Shown here: positions 20,378 through 30,039 of the stretch, one piece after another
How the letters are laid out: each line of letters opens with the position of its first letter
Position numbering within the stretch: the stretch's first letter is position 1
From: Bdellovibrionales bacterium
Lineage (GTDB): Bacteria; Bdellovibrionota; Bdellovibrionia; Bdellovibrionales; UBA1609
Reading direction: 5' to 3'
DNA: 64,000 nt
Assembly: GCA_965219095.1 (NCBI GenBank)
Contig: CBDCMT010000001.1
Location: forward strand, 704,001-768,000
The notes under the pieces: model-generated
The model's database searches: none
What the model saw: the letters and a program-made list of their open reading frames with translations, nothing else
Told to the model about the DNA's origin: nothing
Made by a program: the position numbers and the translations under genes

Positions 20378-20680
20378 TTAGTTTCCACCAACAGTCCCCA
20401 TATCAACTCTCATACTAGAAACCTGAAACTCGTTTCCTAATGAGAATTTAGAAAGGTTTTGTTCTTCTAATGCAATTTCCTCAACCAAAATAGGGTTATA
20501 CCCTAAATCAAGGAGTCTTTCTTTGTTTTCCTCAACACTTAAATCCTTATTATTTTCAACTTCAAAGCTAATTTCTAAAGCTTCATAAAAAAGGTCAGAT
20601 ATTTCTTCAAATTCAAAAGAGGTGTATCCAAAAGACTGAAAGCTAAATAACAAAATTAAATAAAAAATCATATTCTTCAT
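20378..20680 (-). CDS. Small secreted acidic protein ending MGTVGGN
   Basis: Signal peptide (SFQSFG); ATGA overlap with the upstream regulator. Confidence 0.75.
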   Translation of the reverse strand: MKNMIFYLILLFSFQSFGYTSFEFEEISDLFYEALEISFEVENNKDLSVEENKERLLDLGYNPILVEEIALEEQNLSKFSLGNEFQVSSMRVDMGTVGGN

Positions 20681-21525
20681 TGTTCTTCTCCTGTAGATAT
20701 TTCTGGTTGAGTAAGGGTATCTGAGCCTAAAATGAAAAAAGAGTGTTCTCCATTTTCATCTTCCTCAGAATAGAGTTTTGTTAGTTCATCAATGGCATTT
20801 TTCATAATTTCTTTCTGCCTCCTTCTTTTTTCAGAGCTTAACTTCCCACAAAGAGTTTTAAATTGATTAAGTCCTTTATCTACTTCTGTGGGTTTTAAAT
20901 AGTAAGCTAAGTCACTTATCATTTTCTTTGTAATGGTATTGTCAATATACTGATTTTGATGTTGCCCTGTAATCCTTCCAGTTTCATCTTTTACTAAAAT
21001 CTTATCTTTTAACATTTTATCTAAAACCTCTAAAGCAAAAGAGTCTAAAGTGTTGGCAATTTCACTTTTTGTAGTTCCACCCTTATTATAAGCTAAAACA
21101 GTAATAATTCGCCCTTCTCTTGTCTGCAAATAGCTTTCCTTAATGGGACTGATTATGGCTTCAAAGTTTACAGTCTCAAGCCCTTCAAAGGATTTTCTTA
21201 AAAATTTCCCCAGCTGTCCTTTTGTGTTTTGAAGAATGTCTTTGATTGTATTTCCGCGATAAACGCCAAAAACAATTTTTCTAACAACCTCTGCTGAAAT
21301 CTTCTTCTTTGTCACCCCGGTTAATAGGTAGTGAATAGTTGTAGAGCTTAGGCTATTTCTAGCACAAAAGCCATTAGCTGAAATGTTAGGATTCTTATCT
21401 AAATAGCTTTGTAAGACTTCTTTTAGTTCAGAGATCATTTCTGAGTAAATAATATCTTTTTTATCTCTCGTAGAGGCATAAGGGAGGCGTTTTTCTACTT
21501 TTCCAAAATTTGTATTCTCAATCAT
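20677..21525 (-). CDS. HTH regulator, TIGR02147/DUF4423-like
   Basis: YLDKNPNISANGFCARNSLSSTTIHYLLTG HTH-like region and a second wHTH-like region; start at 21525 has a ribosome binding site (ORF track starts at 21597). Confidence 0.6.
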   Translation of the reverse strand: MIENTNFGKVEKRLPYASTRDKKDIIYSEMISELKEVLQSYLDKNPNISANGFCARNSLSSTTIHYLLTGVTKKKISAEVVRKIVFGVYRGNTIKDILQNTKGQLGKFLRKSFEGLETVNFEAIISPIKESYLQTREGRIITVLAYNKGGTTKSEIANTLDSFALEVLDKMLKDKILVKDETGRITGQHQNQYIDNTITKKMISDLAYYLKPTEVDKGLNQFKTLCGKLSSEKRRRQKEIMKNAIDELTKLYSEEDENGEHSFFILGSDTLTQPEISTGEEQ

Positions 21526-21591
21526 AAAAGTTCCTTTTGAGATTTGATATAACACTAGAAAAAAGAAATCAAGCCTCTTGAAAGAATATTG

Positions 21592-21654
21592 TTCCAACTA
21601 GAAAACTTTTTACTTACTTTTTTCCATTTGGAAAGTGTGTTATTCCACATGGAA
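21592..21654. promoter_or_regulatory. Repeated palindromic operators TTCCA-N2-TGGAA in a divergent promoter region
   Basis: TTCCAACTAGAA (21592), TTCCATTTGGAA (21622), TTCCACATGGAA (21643). Confidence 0.55.
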
Positions 21655-21817
21655 AGGTTTTTTTAAAAACTATGCATCATTTTTTCTAAGTGGGAAACTA
21701 TTTAGAATCATTAAGTTTTTTCTCTTGATTTTTTCCTTTGAAGAAGCTTAAAACATTCAAACTATAGAAAAACAAAGACTAGATCTCTTCTTCATTTATC
21801 AATCAAAAGGAGAAAAT

Positions 21818-22321
21818 ATGAATAAAAAAGAACTAGAAGTCTTAAGAAGAAAGTCTAAAAAATGGTCACCACAAGAATGGGAAAGCTATCTTAAAGCCAT
21901 AGAGGTAGAGCGTTCTGAGAGTTTGATTTCCCCTAAGAAGCATGAAAAATTACAGAAGAAGGATAACCTCTTTCTCTGGAGTGATGATGTCTCTGAAGAG
22001 AAGTCTGACGAATTTAAAGTGCTTGCAAAAAAAGCTTTAAACCAGCTTACATTTAAGCAAAGAACTGTTATTAAAATGATCTTTTGGGACGGACTCTCTG
22101 AAAAGGAGATTTCAAAAAAATTATGCCTCTCCACTTCTTCCGTGAGAGACCGAAAAGCTCAAGGATTACAAAAGGTTAGAGCCTATTTTAAGGGCTTCAT
22201 ACCGACCGTGTCCCCCTATATAGGGGCTAAAAAAACTTCGAACGCCCTCAAACCCATTTCTCAAGCCAGTTTATCTCATGCTATTTTTGCGTCTAAAAAG
22301 GGGAGACATCATGTTGCTTGA
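21818..22321 (+). CDS. Sigma-70 region 4-like HTH protein
   Basis: ALNQLTFKQRTVIKMIFWDGLSEKEISKKLCLSTSSVRDRKAQGLQK. Confidence 0.8.
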   Translation: MNKKELEVLRRKSKKWSPQEWESYLKAIEVERSESLISPKKHEKLQKKDNLFLWSDDVSEEKSDEFKVLAKKALNQLTFKQRTVIKMIFWDGLSEKEISKKLCLSTSSVRDRKAQGLQKVRAYFKGFIPTVSPYIGAKKTSNALKPISQASLSHAIFASKKGRHHVA

Positions 22322-22532
22322 AGAAAAACTCCACAAAGCTTTATGGAACCTAAACCCAGAGGAAAAAGTTATTATCCATTGTCGATTCTGGGAGCACATG
22401 AGTATTTTAGAAATTTCACATTTTCTAGGTTACTCATGGGATGAAACCTATCAACTACTCAATGAAACTCTAAAAGAGCTAAGAGAAGAGCTTGCAGATT
22501 ATCAAGATTATTCACTAAAGAACGCTTCGTAG
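22311..22532 (+). CDS. Second small sigma-70 region 4-like protein
   Basis: ALWNLNPEEKVIIHCRFWEHMSILEISHFLG; ribosome binding site GGGAG before the ATG at 22311. Confidence 0.7.
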   Translation: MLLEEKLHKALWNLNPEEKVIIHCRFWEHMSILEISHFLGYSWDETYQLLNETLKELREELADYQDYSLKNAS

Positions 22533-22552
22533 AAAAACAAAAGGAGGAGTTT

Positions 22553-22996
22553 ATGAATTCAAATATATTAAAAATAGAACCTAAATTTTCAGAAAAGCCA
22601 GAGGCAAAAACTTTTGAAATCTTTAAAGGAGAAAGAGATAACTATGGGAAAGTCAGAAGAAAGCGAACACTTGGCCAAGCTAGAATTTTTGAAGGAGCAA
22701 AGACTTACCATGTGTTTATCAAAACTCTTTTAAGGGCAAAATTTTATCTTTTACCTGAAAACAGGAATCCTCAAAAATATGAGTATGTCATTTTAACAAG
22801 AGAGCCAAGTCAGACTCCTGATAAAAAGTACTACTGGAATAGTGTGGGAGAAGGAAAGATTCTCATGGGACAAAATCAAGGTCTTATGAAGCTTGAATGG
22901 GATTTTTTTGGAAGTGACGATATTTATATGAAACTCGATCCTATGGAAGAAAAAGCACCAGAGAGTATTGACTTAAAGGGGGCTAGTAATGAATAA
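22553..22996 (+). CDS. Hypothetical ICE protein
   Basis: Strong ribosome binding site AGGAGG; in operon with the pilin gene. Confidence 0.7.
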   Translation: MNSNILKIEPKFSEKPEAKTFEIFKGERDNYGKVRRKRTLGQARIFEGAKTYHVFIKTLLRAKFYLLPENRNPQKYEYVILTREPSQTPDKKYYWNSVGEGKILMGQNQGLMKLEWDFFGSDDIYMKLDPMEEKAPESIDLKGASNE

Positions 22997-23288
22997 GGCT
23001 TATCGGTTTAAAAAAATTGTAGGCTTTCTATGTCTTACAGGAGCTTTTTATTTGCTCCTGCAAGAGCCAGTATTTGCAAGCCTTGAGAGTTCACTGGTCA
23101 GCATCAAATCAAGGCTTACAGGGGTCATCTTGCCCCTTGTTTCTGTGATTGGGCTTGTAGTAGCAACCTTTAGCTTTATTACAGGAAATCCTAATGCAAA
23201 ACAACATATTATCTATGCTCTCGTGGGGTCGGCGATTGGGTTTGGAGCTCAGTCAATCATTGATTTTATAAGTTTTACTATTTACTAA
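22989..23288 (+). CDS. VirB2/TrbC-like pilin
   Basis: Long signal peptide (PVFA) plus two hydrophobic helices; upstream of virB3/virB4. Confidence 0.7.
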   Translation: MNKAYRFKKIVGFLCLTGAFYLLLQEPVFASLESSLVSIKSRLTGVILPLVSVIGLVVATFSFITGNPNAKQHIIYALVGSAIGFGAQSIIDFISFTIY

Positions 23289-24131
23289 ATCTTTCAAAAA
23301 TAAATTATATATATTTAGACCAATGCCTACTTCAATACTGACAAGGCTTACCCAAGTCCTACTTTCTATTTCAGGCATGAAACTCTGAAAAATAGTAATA
23401 ATCAATATAAAAATCAAGAAAAAATAAACCTGAGGTTTAATCAGCTTTAATTCTTTTAAAGAATTGTGCCATAAATGCAAAAACAAAGAACTGGATGAGA
23501 TTAAAATAAATACGAAAAGTATCCACAAAAGTTTTTCTATAAACTGAAATAAGCTCATCTTATTTTCCCTTTCTATCTTTCCACCCATTCTATTTTCAAC
23601 CGTGTTCTTATTTTTATTAAGTTTTCCTAGATTTTCCATTACATTCTTCTTTGACTCTCCTTGTGATCTTACAATAGCCATTACTTTCGGAGAAATAGAA
23701 TGGCTATTGTACTGATATGAAAAATCAGAAGGTAATTGATAGAAAACGGTAATGTCTTTATTGATTTCCTTTGAATTTTCTCTTATTAAAAGGTGAGAAG
23801 ATTTTTTATAGTTAAAGATTTCATTAAATATTTTCAAAGATTTTTTATCTTTTGGCACAAGATAAGCATAATTGTATTCTCCAGAAAAACTAATTTCTTC
23901 TTTTTTCAAAAGAGATCTAAAATTTTTATTTTTCTTATGAAGATCAAAGCCCATAAAATTTTCTTCTACAAAATCCATAATTGGCTGTTTAACAGATTCA
24001 CTTTTTATAAAATATTCAGTTTGCAATACAAAAGGTAAAATTATTAGTAATAACCCTATGATGTTACTAATCTGAATATTATTTGATTTTATTTTCTTTG
24101 CTTTCACATTTGTAGGTATATCGTAAATCAT
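23253..24131 (-). CDS. Hypothetical membrane protein (cargo, antisense within the transfer operon)
   Basis: One N-terminal and three C-terminal transmembrane segments; very AT-rich. Confidence 0.65.
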   Translation of the reverse strand: MIYDIPTNVKAKKIKSNNIQISNIIGLLLIILPFVLQTEYFIKSESVKQPIMDFVEENFMGFDLHKKNKNFRSLLKKEEISFSGEYNYAYLVPKDKKSLKIFNEIFNYKKSSHLLIRENSKEINKDITVFYQLPSDFSYQYNSHSISPKVMAIVRSQGESKKNVMENLGKLNKNKNTVENRMGGKIERENKMSLFQFIEKLLWILFVFILISSSSLFLHLWHNSLKELKLIKPQVYFFLIFILIITIFQSFMPEIESRTWVSLVSIEVGIGLNIYNLFLKDLVNSKTYKIND

Positions 24132-24180
24132 AAGAAAAACAAGCTATTTTTATTTAATTATTTTAGATATAGGAGGAAAG

Positions 24181-24528
24181 ATGAGCTTACTCACATCAAA
24201 AACCCCTCGACAACTTGAGGGAAAACTAAAACTACTAGGCTTTGAACTTATAGACTTACTTTTAATTTTTCTATACCTCTCAATCAGCAACCTATTATTC
24301 GGACAAACCACGCTTAAATTTCCAATTGTTTATATAGGCTCAATAACCCTTGCCATAACTCTCTACTTTACAAAAAAAGGCAAACCAGAAAACTATCTCC
24401 AAGATAAACTCCAAAGCCTTACTAACCCAAGTACATACTCCGCCAATCTTCCTGACACCAAATACAAACCTTATTTTAAAAGGGAGAGTTATGAACAAAA
24501 ACCCAACACCTCTAAAGAACTTCTCTGA
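24181..24528 (+). CDS. VirB3-like protein
   Basis: KLKLLGFELIDL, two transmembrane segments, GKPENYL; overlaps virB4. Confidence 0.65.
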   Translation: MSLLTSKTPRQLEGKLKLLGFELIDLLLIFLYLSISNLLFGQTTLKFPIVYIGSITLAITLYFTKKGKPENYLQDKLQSLTNPSTYSANLPDTKYKPYFKRESYEQKPNTSKELL

Positions 24529-26944
24529 ATTTACTACCGAACACTCTCTCGCCGAACAACTTCCCTTTTGGGATTTCTTTGATAACTCCGTTGCTTTATC
24601 TGACGGCACTCTTGTTCAAGGACTAAAGCTAGAAGGCTTAGCAATTGAATCTAAAACTCATGAAAAAATAAACTCTCTTACTCTAGCTTTGCGTTCTTTT
24701 TTAAACGGACTTATTGACAATACAGAAATTAGCTTCTTCATAAAAAGCCACTCTGATCACAGCACAATCTTAGAAACTCACGAAAAACTAAAATCACACA
24801 ATAAAAACATCAATGAAATATCAAAAGACAGGCTAAATCTTTTAAAAAAGGAATGTCTTAATGAAAACCTTTTAAGAAAAGACATTTACGTCTTTATCTA
24901 CAACAGACCAGAAAATATAGCTAACAAAAAATCACTCTTTGACTTTTTCAAAACTCGCAAATCTTTCCAAAGCATTACACAAAAAAAACACGAACGAAGA
25001 TTAAAAAACACTCAAACTCTCACCACTTCTATTGCCGACACACTTTCTACTTCTGGAATAAAAAGCAAAACCTTAAGTAAAAAAGAAATTAAAAACCTTA
25101 TTTATGAATTTTTAAACCCAGAGAGGTCAAAGCACCAACCAACCCCTAAAGAAAATACCTCCCACAAAGAGCAAGTCTTTAAACCAAAAGAGTTAGAAAT
25201 TATTCCTGAACTTTCTTGCACCTCTCCTCGTGAAGAGCTTATATTTTCTGATTTTGTTACTGGACACAAAGACCTTTTCTATGATGAACACTACCACAGA
25301 ATTTTAACTCTAAAAACTCTACCTGAATACACTCAAAGCTCACTCATTGAAAGGCTTATAAATTTTCCTATGGCATTTTTTCTATTCATTCATATTAAAG
25401 TGCCCAATCAATCAAAAGAGCTATCCTTACTACAAATGAAAAGACGAATGGCACATTCTATGAGTTTATCTCGAAACGAAAGAGTTAGTGATATTGAAAG
25501 TGAATCTCAGGCCGACTCTATAGAGGAATTAATCAGAGACGTCATAGAAACTGGGCAGAAGATTTTCTTTTTTCAAATGGCAATTAAATTGCAGGATAAA
25601 AGTCCAGATAACTTAGAAGCAAAATCAAAATCCATAATGAATGTTTTTCGCCAGCTAAATGGAGCCGAAGGATTTGAGGAGACTTTGGCAAGCTTTAAAG
25701 TTTTTAAAACCCTTATTCCTTTTGGCAATTTAACTATGGCAAGGCCTAAAAAAATAAAAGCAAATAACCTTGCTGATTTTTTACCAGTTTATCAAAGCTA
25801 CACAGGAGTAGATCAAAAACCAATTTGTCTCTTTAGAAACAGAGAAAAAGCCCTTGTTAAATATGATCCATTTCATTCTAAACTTTCTAACTACAATTCT
25901 TTGGTTACAGGCTCCAGTGGATCGGGGAAGAGCTTTTTAAACAATCTTATTTTGCTTCAATCTATCAAGGAAAACTCCATGAATTTTATTATTGATATTG
26001 GCGGAAGCTACAGAAAAATTTGCAAACTAATAGGAGGTCAGTATGTTGATGTTGCCCCATCATCTAATAACTCAGAAGAAAATCCCAATTCACTCTCGTT
26101 TAATCCGTTTGCATTACAAGGAAACGCAAAGGCTCCAAATTCAGGAAAGATTAAATTCTTATTGGCACTTATGGAGAACTTATTAACGGATGTTGAGGGA
26201 GAGAAACTTCCCAAATTAGAACGTGCTTTATTAGAGGAAAAAATTGATGAACTTTATAAGTTCAATAAAACTCCAAGACTCTCGGACTTTAAAAATCTAC
26301 TTAAAAATTCAAATGATAAAAAACTTCAAAACTTTGCTAAAATGCTCTATCCTTGGACAAGTTCAACTCCTTACGGAAAACTTCTAGACACTCAAGGAAA
26401 CTTTAAAACTGAAAATGATTTTGTAGTTTTTGATCTTAAAGGATTATCAAATTACCCAGACCTTCAAAGTGTTATGATTTTAATTATCACTGATTTTATT
26501 TTACAAAGAGTAGAATCCAACGACACTAAAACAACTTTAAAAAAGAAACGCATTTTAATGGATGAGTGTTGGGAGCTACTTAAGGGAAAGGCTAGTTCAA
26601 ATTTTATGGAGTATTGTGTGCGAACTCTTAGAAAAACTGGATCTGGCATAACATTCATCACTCAAGGGATAGAGGAAATTGCAAATCATGAAATAGGCTC
26701 TGCAATCTTAAACAACACTGCCACGAAATTTATCCTCCAACAAAAAGGAGACCTAAAACCTGTTGAGAAGATATTAAAGCTTAATGAGAGGGAACTCTCC
26801 CTTGTAGCAAGCCTTCAAAGTAAAAAAAGAGAGTTTTCAGAGGCTTTTATGATTCAGGGAGAAGAAAAAACTGTCATAAAGCTCTATCCCTCGCAAAAAG
26901 AGTATTGGATAGCCACCAGTGATGCTGAAGATAAATTAAAATAA
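24491..26944 (+). CDS. virB4: VirB4/TraC-family conjugation ATPase
   Basis: Walker A GSSGSGKS, IIDIGGSY, Walker B ILMDECW, RTLRKTG...ITQ. Confidence 0.92.
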   Translation: MNKNPTPLKNFSEFTTEHSLAEQLPFWDFFDNSVALSDGTLVQGLKLEGLAIESKTHEKINSLTLALRSFLNGLIDNTEISFFIKSHSDHSTILETHEKLKSHNKNINEISKDRLNLLKKECLNENLLRKDIYVFIYNRPENIANKKSLFDFFKTRKSFQSITQKKHERRLKNTQTLTTSIADTLSTSGIKSKTLSKKEIKNLIYEFLNPERSKHQPTPKENTSHKEQVFKPKELEIIPELSCTSPREELIFSDFVTGHKDLFYDEHYHRILTLKTLPEYTQSSLIERLINFPMAFFLFIHIKVPNQSKELSLLQMKRRMAHSMSLSRNERVSDIESESQADSIEELIRDVIETGQKIFFFQMAIKLQDKSPDNLEAKSKSIMNVFRQLNGAEGFEETLASFKVFKTLIPFGNLTMARPKKIKANNLADFLPVYQSYTGVDQKPICLFRNREKALVKYDPFHSKLSNYNSLVTGSSGSGKSFLNNLILLQSIKENSMNFIIDIGGSYRKICKLIGGQYVDVAPSSNNSEENPNSLSFNPFALQGNAKAPNSGKIKFLLALMENLLTDVEGEKLPKLERALLEEKIDELYKFNKTPRLSDFKNLLKNSNDKKLQNFAKMLYPWTSSTPYGKLLDTQGNFKTENDFVVFDLKGLSNYPDLQSVMILIITDFILQRVESNDTKTTLKKKRILMDECWELLKGKASSNFMEYCVRTLRKTGSGITFITQGIEEIANHEIGSAILNNTATKFILQQKGDLKPVEKILKLNERELSLVASLQSKKREFSEAFMIQGEEKTVIKLYPSQKEYWIATSDAEDKLK

Positions 26945-26988
26945 ATGTAGAACCGAATGCTTGATTTTAAACTTCAAGATTTTAAAAT

Positions 26989-27612
26989 TTAATCATTATC
27001 ACAAATACTTGAAGAGTACTTTTCTTGTACCTCCTGATTTTTAGGGAAAACAACCAAAATAGCATTGCCTTTGCTTTTCTTAATCTGAACAGTAATATTT
27101 TGTCCTTCTTTATCTTTTAATATTAAAGAATCCCCTCTTTTCAAATGATTATAAGAGCTTGGCACTCTTAAGATTGCTTTGTTACCTTTACTTTTCAATG
27201 CAGAAAACATCTCACATTTATCATTTAAAGGTTGATCGTAAATAATAGCTTTTATAATTGCTTTACCCATACCCCAACTACTAAAACCAATTCCTTCAGT
27301 ATCGACATTTTCAATAATCAAAGCGTCTGCACCACATTTGCAAGCATGAGGTTTTGCTTGGCTGATAGCTTCATTGACATTTCTACCGTGGAATACAGTC
27401 GTTCCTGTTCTTGAGTCTATTAGACATGCTACTTTATATTTTTTTTTAATTTCTTTAGCACTTGAATAAACATCTAAATTACAAGTAGGGGGCTTTTCAG
27501 TGGTATTAATACCTGAAATTCTTGTAGTACCAACACTAGCACAAGCATTAAGAAAGATTAAAGGTAGAATGATCAAAAATTTCATGCTTTTCATGCTTTT
27601 CATGCTTTTCAT
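26989..27612 (-). CDS. Putative lipoprotein
   Basis: Lipobox LNAC; KPHACKCGADALII. Confidence 0.7.
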   Translation of the reverse strand: MKSMKSMKSMKFLIILPLIFLNACASVGTTRISGINTTEKPPTCNLDVYSSAKEIKKKYKVACLIDSRTGTTVFHGRNVNEAISQAKPHACKCGADALIIENVDTEGIGFSSWGMGKAIIKAIIYDQPLNDKCEMFSALKSKGNKAILRVPSSYNHLKRGDSLILKDKEGQNITVQIKKSKGNAILVVFPKNQEVQEKYSSSICDND

Positions 27613-27616
27613 GCTT
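27581..27616. repeat. 9-bp tandem repeat (TTCATGCTT)x4 at the lipoprotein start
   Basis: Gives MKS-MKS-MKS-MKF with four in-frame ATGs. Confidence 0.95.
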
Positions 27617-28223
27617 ACGTTAAGATTAGCATTTTATAGCCCAATCTTAATTGGCAAAAGGTCTAGTTTTCTATGGATAAATATAAAAATTTTTCTCTTT
27701 AGAATATGATAGTCGAAATCAAAAACGGTCATTAGGAGCTAGACTTGATGGGACTGGTGTGTCTCTAGAATAGGACGCATCTCCATAGCTGGTGAAGGGG
27801 AAAATCAAGAGAAATTCATAAAATTAAAACTAAAAGCTAGCCTTACGGTGTAATAGTTCTATTTAAGTTCTCAAATTATTTTGTCGATAAATAAAATATG
27901 TGAAACCGAAGCAAATGAGGAACAGCTTCTAATGAATAAATTTCTTTTATACAATATCTTTCTTTTAAGCCTTTTTCTCTTTAGTTGTAACGATTCTAAA
28001 AAGCCATCAGTTACAACTCCTCCATCTAGTTCAAATTGCAAAACGGGTTACCATTTAGAAAATAATAAATGTGTTCCTAATACTAGAAATTGTGTTCCTA
28101 ACGGAGAAGGCTCTCAAACTTGGGAAAACGATGCTTGGGGAGCTTGCACATTTTCAAGTTGCAACACAAATTATCATGAAGAAGGTGGTTTCTGTGTTTC
28201 TAACACAAGAAGTTGTGACATTA

Positions 28224-29631
28224 TACCAATTACAGAAATTAATTCGACATTTTTATGTTCAAATTTAAAATTTTAAAATTGACTTAAGGAAAAGTTTCAA
28301 TTAGGAGGCTTTAAAAAAGTTTTTTTTGAAGGGAGGTTGAGTTTTCATAAGATATGTTTATTTTATGTATATCTATTGTTGTGTGAATCGATTGATGGGT
28401 TAAAATAAGTGTAAAAAAGTGAGGTTAAGATGTAAAATGAAAAAAATCAGTTACGCAATTTAATTTATAGGTTCAAATTAATTTACAAGCTTGATTCATC
28501 TTGTTGTTTTGCCCAAGATCGAGTGCATAATTTTTTAATCCTGCCCTCCTGATCGCAAAAAGTATTCCAGGCCTCACAACAAGTATTCAGTATATGGTCA
28601 TAGTTTTTAAAACATGCATTCGATAATTTGATCCTTCGTAATTGTTGCCAGACTTGTTCCATGGGATTTAATTCTGGACTATAAGGAGGTAAAGGCATCA
28701 GGGATAAATTCTTAGGAACTATCAAAGTCTCTGTGGTATGCCAACTGGCTCTGTCCATTAAAACAATTCCATGATAGTTTTCTTGAATATTTTTAGATAT
28801 CTCATCTAAGTGAATTTGCATCATCCCTGAATTACATTCCGGTAAAATCCAAGCACAGCCTTTATCTTTATCCGGACAAACTGCTCCAAAAATATAAGTG
28901 GATAAAAATTGTCTTTGTCTCACAACTCTAGGTCGTGTGCCTTTTCTTGCCCAAATCCTGCTTAAAGAACCTTGCTGGCCTATTCTGCATTCATCCTGCC
29001 ACCAAATCTCTATTTTATGAGTCTGAATCTTTTCCTTTATTTTCTCCACCTCTTCTGGAAAATGTTCCTTAAACTGTTCCATAGCTTCTTGTGAAGTTTT
29101 AGGATGAAGAGAACGACCACTGATCCATACAATATTAAGACGGTCTAAAAGAGCATAAACCCCAGAAAGAGAATAGCAACAGTCAAATTCATCTGCTAAA
29201 AGTTCCTGTATTCCCTTTGCTCCTATGCTTCCTCCTTCTCTTGTGTCTTGAATTTCATCTAACTTGATTTTGAAGTTCTCTTCTTCTGTCACTGGCAAAC
29301 GGGGTTTACGTCCTCTGCCTTTTCGATCTATCAATCCCTCGTAATCAAAGTCTACAAAAGACTGTAACCAGGATTTGATACTGTGACGGTGATACAAAAC
29401 CATACCTGCTGTTTCTTGAATCGATTTTCCTTTTTGCATATGGTGCAAAGCTTGAAGTTTTATCTTGATGTTGGCACTTCTTTCCACTTTGTAAGTAGCT
29501 AGAAAATCATACCCTTGAATCTGTGTAACTAAATCTTTTTTCGACATGACTCTAAAAATGTAGCAGAGTTTGATTAAAAAGCCAGGACGCTATGCGTTAA
29601 AAGAATGTCGAATTAATTTTTGGAAATGGTA
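28224..29631 (-). mobile_element. IS630-family element, intact
   Basis: Inverted repeats TACCAATTACAGAAATTAATTCGACATT / TACCATTTCCAAAAATTAATTCGACATT; TTA duplicated on both sides. Confidence 0.92.
28483..29547 (-). CDS. IS630 family transposase
   Basis: WWQDECRIG, LMDRASWH, LPPYSPELNPMEQVW. Confidence 0.95.
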   Translation of the reverse strand: MSKKDLVTQIQGYDFLATYKVERSANIKIKLQALHHMQKGKSIQETAGMVLYHRHSIKSWLQSFVDFDYEGLIDRKGRGRKPRLPVTEEENFKIKLDEIQDTREGGSIGAKGIQELLADEFDCCYSLSGVYALLDRLNIVWISGRSLHPKTSQEAMEQFKEHFPEEVEKIKEKIQTHKIEIWWQDECRIGQQGSLSRIWARKGTRPRVVRQRQFLSTYIFGAVCPDKDKGCAWILPECNSGMMQIHLDEISKNIQENYHGIVLMDRASWHTTETLIVPKNLSLMPLPPYSPELNPMEQVWQQLRRIKLSNACFKNYDHILNTCCEAWNTFCDQEGRIKKLCTRSWAKQQDESSL

Positions 29632-30039
29632 TTAGTAATGGTGAAGGATCTCAAACTTGGGCAAACGGTTCTTGGGGTAATTGTGTGCTTTCAAGATGTC
29701 ATTCAGGTTACCAAGAACACACAGGTGCTTGCATTTTAAGTTGTTCTGATGATCAACATATTGAAAATGAAGAATGTGTTCTTAATACTCGTAATTGCAG
29801 TATTCTTAACGGTCATGGGACTCAAACTTGGAGCAGTAATTCTTGGGGTACTTGTACTTTTTCAAGCTGTAATTCAGGTTACTATGAAGAAGGTGGTTCC
29901 TGTATTTTGGACACAGGAACTACCCGTCACATCTGCTTTGCGTTTAACTCAGATAGGACGGAAATTACTGATTACTTTGGTTTGGATAATAATGGCAATG
30001 TATGTCCCAGAGATGTTATTATACCTGTAGGGATTTTTG

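Noticed and set aside
27720..27860. Possible riboswitch upstream of the LRR gene
   Set aside because: Only a weak hairpin; no aptamer consensus that I can recognise.
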